Shown here: positions 10,966 through 18,478 of the stretch, piece by piece
Numbering within the stretch: position 1 is the first letter of the stretch
How the letters are laid out: the number at the start of each line of letters is the position of its first letter
From: an uncultured Clostridia bacterium
Lineage (GTDB): Bacteria; Bacillota; Clostridia; Oscillospirales; CAG-272
NCBI GenBank assembly: GCA_947624945.1
Contig: CANQMJ010000002.1
Span: 1-37,040, forward strand
Reading direction: 5' to 3'
Length of the DNA stretch: 37,040 nt
Notes under the pieces: model-generated
The model's database searches: none
What the model was told of the DNA's origin: nothing
The model's input: only the letters and a program-made list of their open reading frames with translations
Made by a program: the position numbers and the translations under genes

Positions 10966-11796
10966 ATGGAAATTTTACAGGTCGAGCCCGTACAGGGAAC
11001 GAGGTCGGTGATGGAGATACCGATCGGCGACATAATGCCGAACCCGAATCAGCCGCGCCGCGACTTCGACCGCGAGCAGCTTCGCTGTCTGCGCGACAGC
11101 ATACTGCGCTACGGAATGCTTCAGCCTATATCGGTGCGCGCGTCGTCCGCCGCCTCGGGCAAATACGAGATAGTCGCCGGCGAACGGCGCTACCGCGCCG
11201 CATGCGAGGCTGGATTCCTCTATGTTCCCGCGATACTTATCGAAACCGACGCGCAGCGTTCGGCGGAGCTTGCCATAATCGAGAATTTGCAGCGTCAGGA
11301 CCTCAACATATTCGAGCAGGCGAGCGCAATTTCTTCCTTAATCAATATATATCACATCACGCAGGACGAGGCGGCGGAAAAACTGTCCGTCAGTCAATCC
11401 TACGTCGCAAACAAGCTGCGTCTTCTCCGCTTCACCGACGAGGAACGTTCGCTCATAATCGAGCACTCGCTCACCGAGCGTCACGCGCGCGCTCTCCTCC
11501 GTCTGCGCGACGACGGCGCGCGTCTGTCCGCACTGCGCCACGTCATCGGCTACGCGCTCAACGTCTCCGCAACAGAGCGTTACGTCGACAGCCTGCTCGC
11601 CGCGTCCGTGCCACGTCCGAAGATAAAATTCGCGATAAAAAATCTCCGTCTGTTCTACAACTCCGTTGACAGAGCCGCCGACCTCATACGGTCGTCGGGC
11701 GTGCCCGTCGACATCAGACGCGACGAGTCCGCGCAGGGGTGCGTGGTCATGACTGTGACTATCGGCGAACGATCCCCCGCCCCCGACCCGGCATAA
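10966..11796 (+). CDS. ParB/Spo0J-family paralog (Noc-like)
   Basis: ParB N-terminal domain (IMPNPNQPRRDF, EIVAGERRYRAA, IIENLQRQDL) plus an HTH region (ITQDEAAEKLSVSQSYVANKLRLL). It lies directly upstream of soj-spo0J, as noc does in Firmicutes. Start chosen at MEILQV because GAGGT sits about 10 nt upstream; 10927 or 11011 are also possible. Confidence 0.8.
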   Translation: MEILQVEPVQGTRSVMEIPIGDIMPNPNQPRRDFDREQLRCLRDSILRYGMLQPISVRASSAASGKYEIVAGERRYRAACEAGFLYVPAILIETDAQRSAELAIIENLQRQDLNIFEQASAISSLINIYHITQDEAAEKLSVSQSYVANKLRLLRFTDEERSLIIEHSLTERHARALLRLRDDGARLSALRHVIGYALNVSATERYVDSLLAASVPRPKIKFAIKNLRLFYNSVDRAADLIRSSGVPVDIRRDESAQGCVVMTVTIGERSPAPDPA

Positions 11797-11854
11797 ACAA
11801 TTTATCATATTAAATTATTTTTGCTTCCTCCTTTTTCATATATTTCTTCCGAAA

Positions 11855-11870
11855 TGTTTCACGTGAAACG
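11855..11870. promoter_or_regulatory. parS site 1
   Basis: TGTTTCACGTGAAACG matches the Firmicutes parS consensus TGTTNCACGTGAAACA at 15 of 16 positions. Confidence 0.85.
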
Positions 11871-11883
11871 TCAGGGTTCGCCC

Positions 11884-11899
11884 GGTTTCACGTGAAACA
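11884..11899. promoter_or_regulatory. parS site 2
   Basis: GGTTTCACGTGAAACA matches the parS consensus at 15 of 16 positions. With site 1 it forms a larger inverted repeat (AAATGTTTCACGTGAAAC / GTTTCACGTGAAACATTT). Confidence 0.85.
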
Positions 11900-11911
11900 T
11901 TTTATTATGTC

Positions 11912-11940
11912 TTGACACGGCGGCGCATATTGACTATAAT
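11912..11940 (+). promoter_or_regulatory. consensus sigma-A promoter of soj-spo0J
   Basis: TTGACA, 17-nt spacer, TATAAT: both hexamers are perfect and the spacing is optimal. It starts 12 nt downstream of parS site 2. Confidence 0.8.
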
Positions 11941-11961
11941 ATGACTATACGGAGGTTCTCT

Positions 11962-12723
11962 ATGGCATACATCATCACATTTGCAAATCAAAAGGGCGGC
12001 GTCGGAAAGACTACCTCCGCGGTCAATGTCGCCGCAGCCGTCGCTGCGCGCGGCAAGCGCGTACTGCTGCTCGATATGGACCCGCAGGGCAACACCACGA
12101 GCGGAGTCGGTATAGGAAAGCGCGATTTGAGACATACCATGTATGAGGTGCTGCTCGGTCAATGCGCCGCGAAGGAAGCGATAGTCACAACGCGGTACGA
12201 AAACCTGTCCGTGCTGCCCGCCAACATCAGCCTCGCCGCATCCGAATTCGACCTCGTCGACATGCCCGAACGTCAGGCACAGCTCGGACGTGCGCTCGCG
12301 CCTATCAAAGGCGACTACGACATCATCTTCATCGACTGCCCGCCGTCGCTGGGCATATTGACCATCAACGCGCTCGCAGCGTCAAACGGCGTCATAATCC
12401 CGATGCAGTGCGAATATTTCGCGCTCGAGGGACTGTCGCAGCTCATGTTGACGATACGCAAGATAAAGCAGCTCTACAACCGCCAGCTCGAGATAACGGG
12501 CATCATGCTGACGATGTACAATCCGCGGCTGAATCTCACGACGCAGGTCGTGGGCGAGCTGAAAAAGTACTACGCGGACAAGCTGTTCCGCACGCCGATA
12601 CCGCGCAACGTCAAACTGAGCGAAGCGCCGAGCTTCGGCGAGCCGATAATGTACCACGACAAAAACTCAAAGGGCGCGCAGTGCTACATCGACGTCGCTG
12701 ACGAGATACTGTCGCGCATCTGA
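11962..12723 (+). CDS. soj: chromosome partitioning ATPase ParA/Soj
   Basis: MAYIITFANQKGGVGKTT carries the deviant Walker A motif, and IFIDCPPSLG is also present. GGAGG lies 7 nt before the ATG at 11962. Confidence 0.92.
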   Translation: MAYIITFANQKGGVGKTTSAVNVAAAVAARGKRVLLLDMDPQGNTTSGVGIGKRDLRHTMYEVLLGQCAAKEAIVTTRYENLSVLPANISLAASEFDLVDMPERQAQLGRALAPIKGDYDIIFIDCPPSLGILTINALAASNGVIIPMQCEYFALEGLSQLMLTIRKIKQLYNRQLEITGIMLTMYNPRLNLTTQVVGELKKYYADKLFRTPIPRNVKLSEAPSFGEPIMYHDKNSKGAQCYIDVADEILSRI

Positions 12724-12804
12724 GAAAACAGCAACACGAACGAACAGTTTTTTGAAAGGGGGACGCGGAAAAGCCTTACAAAATAGGATTTCCGCGGAAA
12801 ACCG

Positions 12805-13692
12805 GTGAAAAAACCATCACTTGGGCGCGGCATCGACGCGATATTCCTCGACAACGCCTCCGGCGCGGAGCCGGGCGGCAGCGTCGTCAAGTTGTCGATA
12901 TCGACGGTGGAACCGAGACTCGACCAGCCGCGCAAGCATTTCGACGAAGAAAGTCTGCGTCAGCTCTCGGACTCGATAGCGGCGCACGGAGTGCTCCAGC
13001 CGATACTCGTATCGGAGACGGAGCGCGACCGCTACGCCATAATCGCGGGCGAACGCAGGTGGCGCGCGGCGAAGCTGGCGGGACTCGACGAGATACCGGC
13101 GATAATACTCGACGCGGACGAGGTGTCGGCGGCGGAGATATCGCTGATCGAGAACGTACAGCGCGAGGACTTGAACGCATACGAAGAAGCGGAGGCGTAC
13201 GAAGCGCTCATCGACCGCTTCGGGCTGACGCAGGATGAACTGTCGGCGCGCATAGGCAAATCGCGGTCGACGGTGACAAACTCGCTGCGGCTGCTCGACC
13301 TGCCGGAGTCGGTGGTGCCGTTTCTTCGCTCGGGCGAGATAACGGCGGGACACGCGCGCGCGCTTTTATCGTTGCAAAACGAGCTCGACGTGCCGATACT
13401 CGCCGACCGTATCATAGCGGAGGGAATGTCGGTGCGCGCGGCGGAGGCGGCGGCGAAGTCGATGAACAAGACTGCGTCAAGACCGCAGAAAGGCACAGAC
13501 GGCGAGCTCATCGCACGTGTGAACGTCGACTACGTGCGCGTACTCGAGGACAAGGCGCGCGAGGCGCTCGGCAGACCCGTCACCATCAAGTCGACGGGGC
13601 GGAAAAAGACAGTGTCGATAGGGTACGAGGACAACGAGGACCTCGAGGCGCTGCTGCGCGCGCTGTGCGGCGAGATTATTGAAAATATTTGA
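12805..13692 (+). CDS. spo0J: chromosome partitioning protein ParB/Spo0J
   Basis: GTG start. LGRGIDAIF, QPRKHFDEESLRQLSDSI, IIAGERRWRAAKLAG and the HTH LTQDELSARIGKSRSTVTNSLRLL are typical of Spo0J. Confidence 0.92.
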   Translation: MKKPSLGRGIDAIFLDNASGAEPGGSVVKLSISTVEPRLDQPRKHFDEESLRQLSDSIAAHGVLQPILVSETERDRYAIIAGERRWRAAKLAGLDEIPAIILDADEVSAAEISLIENVQREDLNAYEEAEAYEALIDRFGLTQDELSARIGKSRSTVTNSLRLLDLPESVVPFLRSGEITAGHARALLSLQNELDVPILADRIIAEGMSVRAAEAAAKSMNKTASRPQKGTDGELIARVNVDYVRVLEDKAREALGRPVTIKSTGRKKTVSIGYEDNEDLEALLRALCGEIIENI

Positions 13693-13693
13693 T

Positions 13694-13775
13694 TTAATTC
13701 GGGGCGCTGCCCCGAACCCCGCCTAAGAAACTTCTTGAAAGAAGTTTCTTAGGGATTTTCAAGAACTTTTATTAA
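13694..13775 (-). repeat. family-1 variant with two hairpins (parB-serS spacer)
   Basis: CGGGGCGCTGCCCCG, then CCTAAGAAACTTC-TTGAAA-GAAGTTTCTTAGG, then GATTTTCAAGAACTTTTATTAA. It is a reverse-oriented paralog of 28627..28708. Confidence 0.9.
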
Positions 13776-13788
13776 ACAGGAGAACATC

Positions 13789-15075
13789 ATGTTAGACATC
13801 AAATTCGTGCGGGAGAACCCCGACATAGTAAAACAGAACATCAAAAACAAGTTCCAGGACGAAAAACTGCCGCTCGTCGACGAAGTCATCGCGCTCGACG
13901 GCGAACGCAGAGCCCACATCGGCGCGCGCGAGCAGCTGCAAGCCGACCGCAACCGCATATCGAAGCAGATAGGCGCGCTTATGGGACAGGGCAAGCGCGA
14001 CGAAGCGGAAGAGGCGAAAAAGCAGGTGGCGGCGTTCGCGGCAAAGTTGGAGGAAGAATCAAAGCTCGCCGACGAAGCCGAGGAAAAGATGACGGCGATA
14101 CTGATGCGCCTGCCGAACATCATCGACAAGTCGGTGCCGATAGGACGCGACGACAGCGAAAACGTCGAAGTCGAGAGATTCGGCGAACCCGTCGTACCCG
14201 ACTACGAGATACCGTACCACACCGACATCATGGAATCGTTCTGCGGCATCGACCTCGACGCCGCGCACAGAGTCGCCGGCAACGGCTTCTACTACCTGAT
14301 GGGCGACATCGCGAGACTTCACTCGTCGGTCATCTCCTACGCGCGCGATTTCATGATAAATAAAGGCTTCACGTACTGCGTGCCGCCGTTCATGATACGC
14401 GGACGCGTCGTTTCGGGCGTCATGAGCTTTTCTGAGATGGACGCGATGATGTATAAGATCGAGGGCGAGGACCTCTACCTCATCGGCACGAGCGAGCACT
14501 CGATGATAGGGCGCTTCATCGACCAGATAGTGCCGGAGGGCAACCTGCCGTACACGCTGACGAGCTATTCGCCCTGCTTCCGCAAGGAAAAGGGCGCGCA
14601 CGGACTCGAGGAGCGCGGCGTTTACCGCATCCACCAGTTCGAGAAGCAGGAGATGATAGTCGTCTGCAAGCCGGAGGAGTCGATGGAGTGGTACGAGCGC
14701 ATGTGGCGCTACTCGGTCGAGCTGTTCCGCTCGATGGATATACCCGTCCGCCAGCTCGAATGCTGCTCGGGCGACCTCGCCGACCTCAAAGTCAAATCCT
14801 GCGATATCGAGGCATGGAGCCCGCGCCAGAAGAAATACTTCGAGGTCTGCTCGTGCTCGAATCTGGGCGACGCACAGGCAAGACGCCTCAAAATACGCGT
14901 CAAGGGCGCGGACGGCAAGACGTACCTGCCGCATACGCTCAATAACACGGTCGCGGCGCCGCCGCGCATGCTCATAGCGCTGCTTGAAAACAATTTTCAG
15001 GCGGACGGCAGCGTGAAAATACCCGCGTCGCTGCGTCCCTACATGGGCTGCGACGTCATAGTCCCGAAGAAATAA
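13789..15075 (+). CDS. serS: seryl-tRNA synthetase
   Basis: 428-aa ORF with MLDIKFVRENPD, an N-terminal coiled-coil arm and a class II catalytic core (FRKEKGAHG..., YRIHQFEKQE, NNTVAAPPR). AGGAGAA RBS. Confidence 0.95.
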   Translation: MLDIKFVRENPDIVKQNIKNKFQDEKLPLVDEVIALDGERRAHIGAREQLQADRNRISKQIGALMGQGKRDEAEEAKKQVAAFAAKLEEESKLADEAEEKMTAILMRLPNIIDKSVPIGRDDSENVEVERFGEPVVPDYEIPYHTDIMESFCGIDLDAAHRVAGNGFYYLMGDIARLHSSVISYARDFMINKGFTYCVPPFMIRGRVVSGVMSFSEMDAMMYKIEGEDLYLIGTSEHSMIGRFIDQIVPEGNLPYTLTSYSPCFRKEKGAHGLEERGVYRIHQFEKQEMIVVCKPEESMEWYERMWRYSVELFRSMDIPVRQLECCSGDLADLKVKSCDIEAWSPRQKKYFEVCSCSNLGDAQARRLKIRVKGADGKTYLPHTLNNTVAAPPRMLIALLENNFQADGSVKIPASLRPYMGCDVIVPKK

Positions 15076-15079
15076 AGCG

Positions 15080-15661
15080 ATGGAAATATTTCTTTACTCA
15101 TACGAAAACATCGAGTTCCGCAACCCGTTCATCTCGTTAAGGCTCATCGTGTGGGCGCTGTTCGCGGGATTCGTCATAGCGGCGATCATGGCGCTTTACA
15201 ACAAACGCGTGATCGGTTCGTTCGTAAAAGACATACTCGCGCAGGGCTGCACGTCGGAGAAGGACGCGAAAACGGTGATCGACCTCGGCTACGGCACGGA
15301 CTGGTTCATCAAAAACGCGCTCCGCACTGACACGGTGCTGCGCAGACTCGTGGTGCGCATTGACGCAGCAACCGAATCGAATCAGGACGCTGACGCAGAA
15401 AAAGTGGAGTCGGCGGAATCGAGCACAAAAAAACAAAAGTCTCGCTCACCAAAGCATGAAGTCATCGACTTTTCGACGGCGAAATTCTACATTCCCGAAG
15501 AACTCAAATACCGCGCCGAAGTCCGTTACGCGAGCCGGGGCACGGACGTCGTCACATTCTTCATCGGCGTAGTCGTGCTCGCGGCGGCAGCGTTCGCAGC
15601 ACTGTTCGTCGTACCGGAGCTCATACAGCTGCTCGACAACTTCATCGGCACACTGCGGTAA
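15080..15661 (+). CDS. hypothetical membrane protein (2 predicted TM segments)
   Basis: 193-aa ORF starting 4 nt after the serS stop. Hydrophobic segments LIVWALFAGFVIAAIMALY and FFIGVVVLAAAAFAALFVV flank a charged linker. The RBS is weak. Confidence 0.55.
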   Translation: MEIFLYSYENIEFRNPFISLRLIVWALFAGFVIAAIMALYNKRVIGSFVKDILAQGCTSEKDAKTVIDLGYGTDWFIKNALRTDTVLRRLVVRIDAATESNQDADAEKVESAESSTKKQKSRSPKHEVIDFSTAKFYIPEELKYRAEVRYASRGTDVVTFFIGVVVLAAAAFAALFVVPELIQLLDNFIGTLR

Positions 15662-15673
15662 GAGGTGGGAGAA

Positions 15674-16480
15674 ATGTCAAACTCGAAAAGATTCTTATCC
15701 CGTCCGCTTGCCGTGTTCGGGGTGATAGTACTTGCCGCCGCAATAGCGGCGGGAGTCGTGGTAGCGGCGCTTTACGCGTACGGGTTCCGATACATCAAGA
15801 TACCGTCGCCGGACGGAGGATTTGATAAGTTTTTGGGCATTGTAGACAAAAGCGGCGACCCGCACCGCGGGCAAATAGTGTATTCCAACGGTTTGTCCGC
15901 CAACGTCGACTCCGAGACAGGTAAGATCACATACTCGAACGGCGACGTCTACGACGGCGAGATGGAGAACCTGCGCCGCGACGGCAAAGGGACGATCACG
16001 TTCAAAAACGGCGACGTCTACACCGGCGATTTCGTCATGGACGAGCTGACGGGACAGGGCACGTACACGTACTCGAACGGCGACGTCTACGAGGGCGGCT
16101 TCGTGAACGGCGAGAAAAACGGTCAGGGCAAGTACACGTGGTCGGACGGCAGCGTCTACGAGGGCGGCTTCTCGAAGGACAGGAAAAACGGTCAGGGCGT
16201 CTATCACTGGGCTGACGGCAGCAGCTACGAGGGCGAATACGTAAACGATATGAAGCAGGGACGCGGCGTCTACATCTACGCGAACGGCGACAAATACGAG
16301 GGCGACTTCGACGGCGACGTCCGGTCCGGCACAGGCACCTACACATGGCAGAACGGGGAATACTACGTCGGCGAGTTCGCGGACAACGCGCCGAACGGCG
16401 AGGGCACATATTCTTGGCCCGACGGCAGATCATACAGCGGTCATTTTATAAATGGCGAAATAGTTCGCATAGAAGAGTGA
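15674..16480 (+). CDS. membrane-anchored MORN-repeat protein
   Basis: N-terminal TM segment (FGVIVLAAAIAAGVVVAALYAY) followed by about 9 tandem MORN-type units (YSNGDVYEGGFVNGEKNGQGKYTW...). The ATG at 15674 follows GAGGTGGGAG; the tracked GTG at 15665 lies inside that RBS. Confidence 0.8.
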   Translation: MSNSKRFLSRPLAVFGVIVLAAAIAAGVVVAALYAYGFRYIKIPSPDGGFDKFLGIVDKSGDPHRGQIVYSNGLSANVDSETGKITYSNGDVYDGEMENLRRDGKGTITFKNGDVYTGDFVMDELTGQGTYTYSNGDVYEGGFVNGEKNGQGKYTWSDGSVYEGGFSKDRKNGQGVYHWADGSSYEGEYVNDMKQGRGVYIYANGDKYEGDFDGDVRSGTGTYTWQNGEYYVGEFADNAPNGEGTYSWPDGRSYSGHFINGEIVRIEE

Positions 16481-16547
16481 CACGCACACTTAAACAGCGT
16501 ACCTCGTCACACGCTATGCACACGCAGAAATCATATCAAACTAATAA

Positions 16548-16594
16548 CACTGCACGCAGTTGTTCTCATACATCTCCGTGCGGTGTTTTGTTTT
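16548..16594 (+). terminator. possible terminator after the MORN-repeat gene
   Basis: CACTGCACG ... CGTGCGGTG (9 bp, 20-nt loop) followed by TTTTGTTTT. Confidence 0.45.
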
Positions 16595-16608
16595 ACAGTT
16601 ATATAAGA

Positions 16609-17057
16609 TTTTTCGCGAAGCGAAAACCGCCGCCGTCCAAATGAGGGCAACGAGCCGTCAGGCTTTCAAGTGAACACTACGCGCACCGTGCTCGTGCGAT
16701 GTGCGGCGCGACACGGCTGGACGCAGACACGACGTTTGGACGGCGATATCGCCGTGCCGCGAGGGAGCTGTTCGCAGGAAATGATAACGCGGTCTGCGCC
16801 CTGATCATATTTTGCCGCAGACTGGATAACATCGACGCCACACGGGAGCCTCTTTCGGGTTCGACAAGGGGGACTTTCTTGCGAGAAAGTCCCCCTTGTC
16901 AAAAACCTATTCAAAGGTGTGAAAGACGTCACCACGTCTTATGTGCAAAGGTAGCTGCCGGTGGGGGCAGACGGCATAAACATCCGCGGTGAGCGGCAGT
17001 TCGCAGCTAACGCTACGACCTGCGACACGTTTTCGCTACGCGAAAAGTGTGGGAGAA
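16609..17057 (-). repeat. large hairpin-rich element, copy B
   Basis: The reverse complement is about 90% identical to 34597..35085 in the conserved blocks. It contains the perfect 17-bp hairpin GACAAGGGGGACTTTCT / AGAAAGTCCCCCTTGTC. Confidence 0.9.
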
Positions 17058-17126
17058 CCCAGTTATGGGTGCGGTATGTCACTGACGCGAAAAGTAAAAA
17101 ATAATACTTAATTTTGTGAAATGCAC

Positions 17127-17155
17127 TTGACATACTGCAATTTTTGTGGTATAAT
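17127..17155 (+). promoter_or_regulatory. consensus sigma-A promoter (repeated promoter module, copy 1)
   Basis: TTGACA, 17-nt spacer, TGgTATAAT. About 85% identical over about 65 nt to the module at 34525..34595. Confidence 0.8.
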
Positions 17156-17161
17156 ATAGGC

Positions 17162-17282
17162 AGTTGATAAGATATGGTGTATGAAAGTTCATTCCGTAGA
17201 TGTGGCGGCGAATAAGGCGGCGCGCGGCACATCTGCCGGAACGGTGCATTTGTTGCCGCGCCGTGTTTCTTTTCATTCTTTT
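17162..17282 (+). ncRNA. candidate small RNA / attenuated leader upstream of rpmH
   Basis: Predicted start about 7 nt after the -10 box. GC-rich stem CGGCGCG(c)G(g)CA / TGCCGCGCCG (17218..17263) is followed by TGTTTCTTTTCATTCTTTT. A second promoter for rpmH lies downstream, so this may be a separate unit. Confidence 0.35.
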
Positions 17283-17327
17283 CGCAAAAGAATCTCCCCC
17301 AAAATCCGAGGATTTTCAAAAATCCCC

Positions 17328-17357
17328 TTGACAAGTAAATTTCTTTCAGTATATAAT
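17328..17357 (+). promoter_or_regulatory. putative proximal promoter of rpmH-rnpA operon
   Basis: TTGACA, 18-nt spacer, TATAAT, about 75 nt upstream of the rpmH GTG. Confidence 0.6.
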
Positions 17358-17431
17358 AGAACCCGTGTTATGATGTGCTCCGCATACCGGGATGTTATAG
17401 CTCCGCATTAAAGCAGAGGAGGTGCCTACAC

Positions 17432-17566
17432 GTGAAGAGAACTTATCAGCCGAAAAAGCTCCAGAGACAGAAGGAGCACGGTTTCATGAAGAGAATGAAG
17501 ACCGCAAACGGACGCAAGGTCTTGAAGAGAAGACGCGATAAAGGCAGAGCTCGCCTCTCTTACTGA
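17432..17566 (+). CDS. rpmH: 50S ribosomal protein L34
   Basis: (V->M)[46 protein letters not shown] start 9 nt after AGAGGAGG. The tracked start at 17375 is an upstream extension. Confidence 0.9.
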   Translation: MKRTYQPKKLQRQKEHGFMKRMKTANGRKVLKRRRDKGRARLSY

Positions 17567-17698
17567 TCTATCCGAATTAAAGACCCGCCGTCGTCGGTGG
17601 CAACGAAGCTGCCGAGCCTCGGGGGGTTTTTAGTATTCAGTCAAAAAACCGCAATTTTTTACAAAGCATAACGACATTCGACAAAATCAAAACGGGCT

Positions 17699-18145
17699 AT
17701 GAAAATACAAACGGTATGTGACAACAGAATTTTCGGACGCGCGTACAGGAAAGGAAAAAAACGCGCCGGACGCTATATCGTCGTCTATGTCATAAAGGGA
17801 CGCGGCAAATGCTGCCGTCTCGGAATTACGGTGACGAAGGAACGGGGCAGTGCAGTCGTAAGAAACCGCATAAAGCGCATTATCCGCGCCGCGTGGCGCG
17901 ATGTGGCAGTGCGCTGCACGCTGACGGAAGGCTGCGACGTCATCGTCGTGGCGAGAGACGCCGCCGCAGACGCTAAATCGACAGAGATAGCACCCGAGCT
18001 TGAGGACATGCTCGTCGTCCTCGGCGCCGCGGAAAAGAAAACGGAACCGGAACCGAACGAAACAGCTGAGGATGCGGAAGATAAAACCGCATTGACAACA
18101 ACTATACCTGCTCCGACGGCATCATTGTCCGTAGAAAATGATTAG
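17699..18145 (+). CDS. rnpA: ribonuclease P protein component
   Basis: FGRAYRKGKK..YIVVYV...RLGITVTKERGSAVVRNRIKRIIR is RnpA-like and the gene follows rpmH. It has an unusual acidic, low-complexity C-terminal tail of about 35 aa that overlaps the yidD start by 8 nt. Confidence 0.85.
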   Translation: MKIQTVCDNRIFGRAYRKGKKRAGRYIVVYVIKGRGKCCRLGITVTKERGSAVVRNRIKRIIRAAWRDVAVRCTLTEGCDVIVVARDAAADAKSTEIAPELEDMLVVLGAAEKKTEPEPNETAEDAEDKTALTTTIPAPTASLSVEND

Positions 18146-18383
18146 CCGCGCGCTCATCGCCATAGTCCGCCTGTATCAGCGCTTCATATCGCCGCTCAAA
18201 CGCGCGCCGACATGCCGCTTTACGCCGACATGCTCGCAGTACGCGATAGAGGCGATAGAGGAGTGGGGGCCGTTTATCGGCGTCATGCTCGCGATGTGGC
18301 GCGTTTTGAGGTGCAATCCGTTCTGCCGCGGGGGCTTCGACCCCGTGCCGAAGCGGTACAAAAGGCGGCGACGCAAAAACTGA
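18138..18383 (+). CDS. yidD: membrane protein insertion efficiency factor YidD
   Basis: 81-aa ORF. LYQRFISPLKRAPTCRFTPTCSQYAIEAIEEWG ... RCNPFCRGGFDPVP is the YidD signature. Confidence 0.9.
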   Translation: MISRALIAIVRLYQRFISPLKRAPTCRFTPTCSQYAIEAIEEWGPFIGVMLAMWRVLRCNPFCRGGFDPVPKRYKRRRRKN

Positions 18384-18478
18384 CGCATAACACAGGAAAG
18401 TGATCGTTCCATTACCGCGCGGAGCTCGGTCGACCGTGCGGACAGAATCGAAAATGACCGGGAAAAACAATTTACGAT

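Noticed and set aside
13693-13788. A T-box leader might be expected upstream of serS.
   Set aside because: The spacer is only 96 nt and is fully accounted for by a repeat hairpin element plus the RBS. There is no specifier-loop or T-box sequence.
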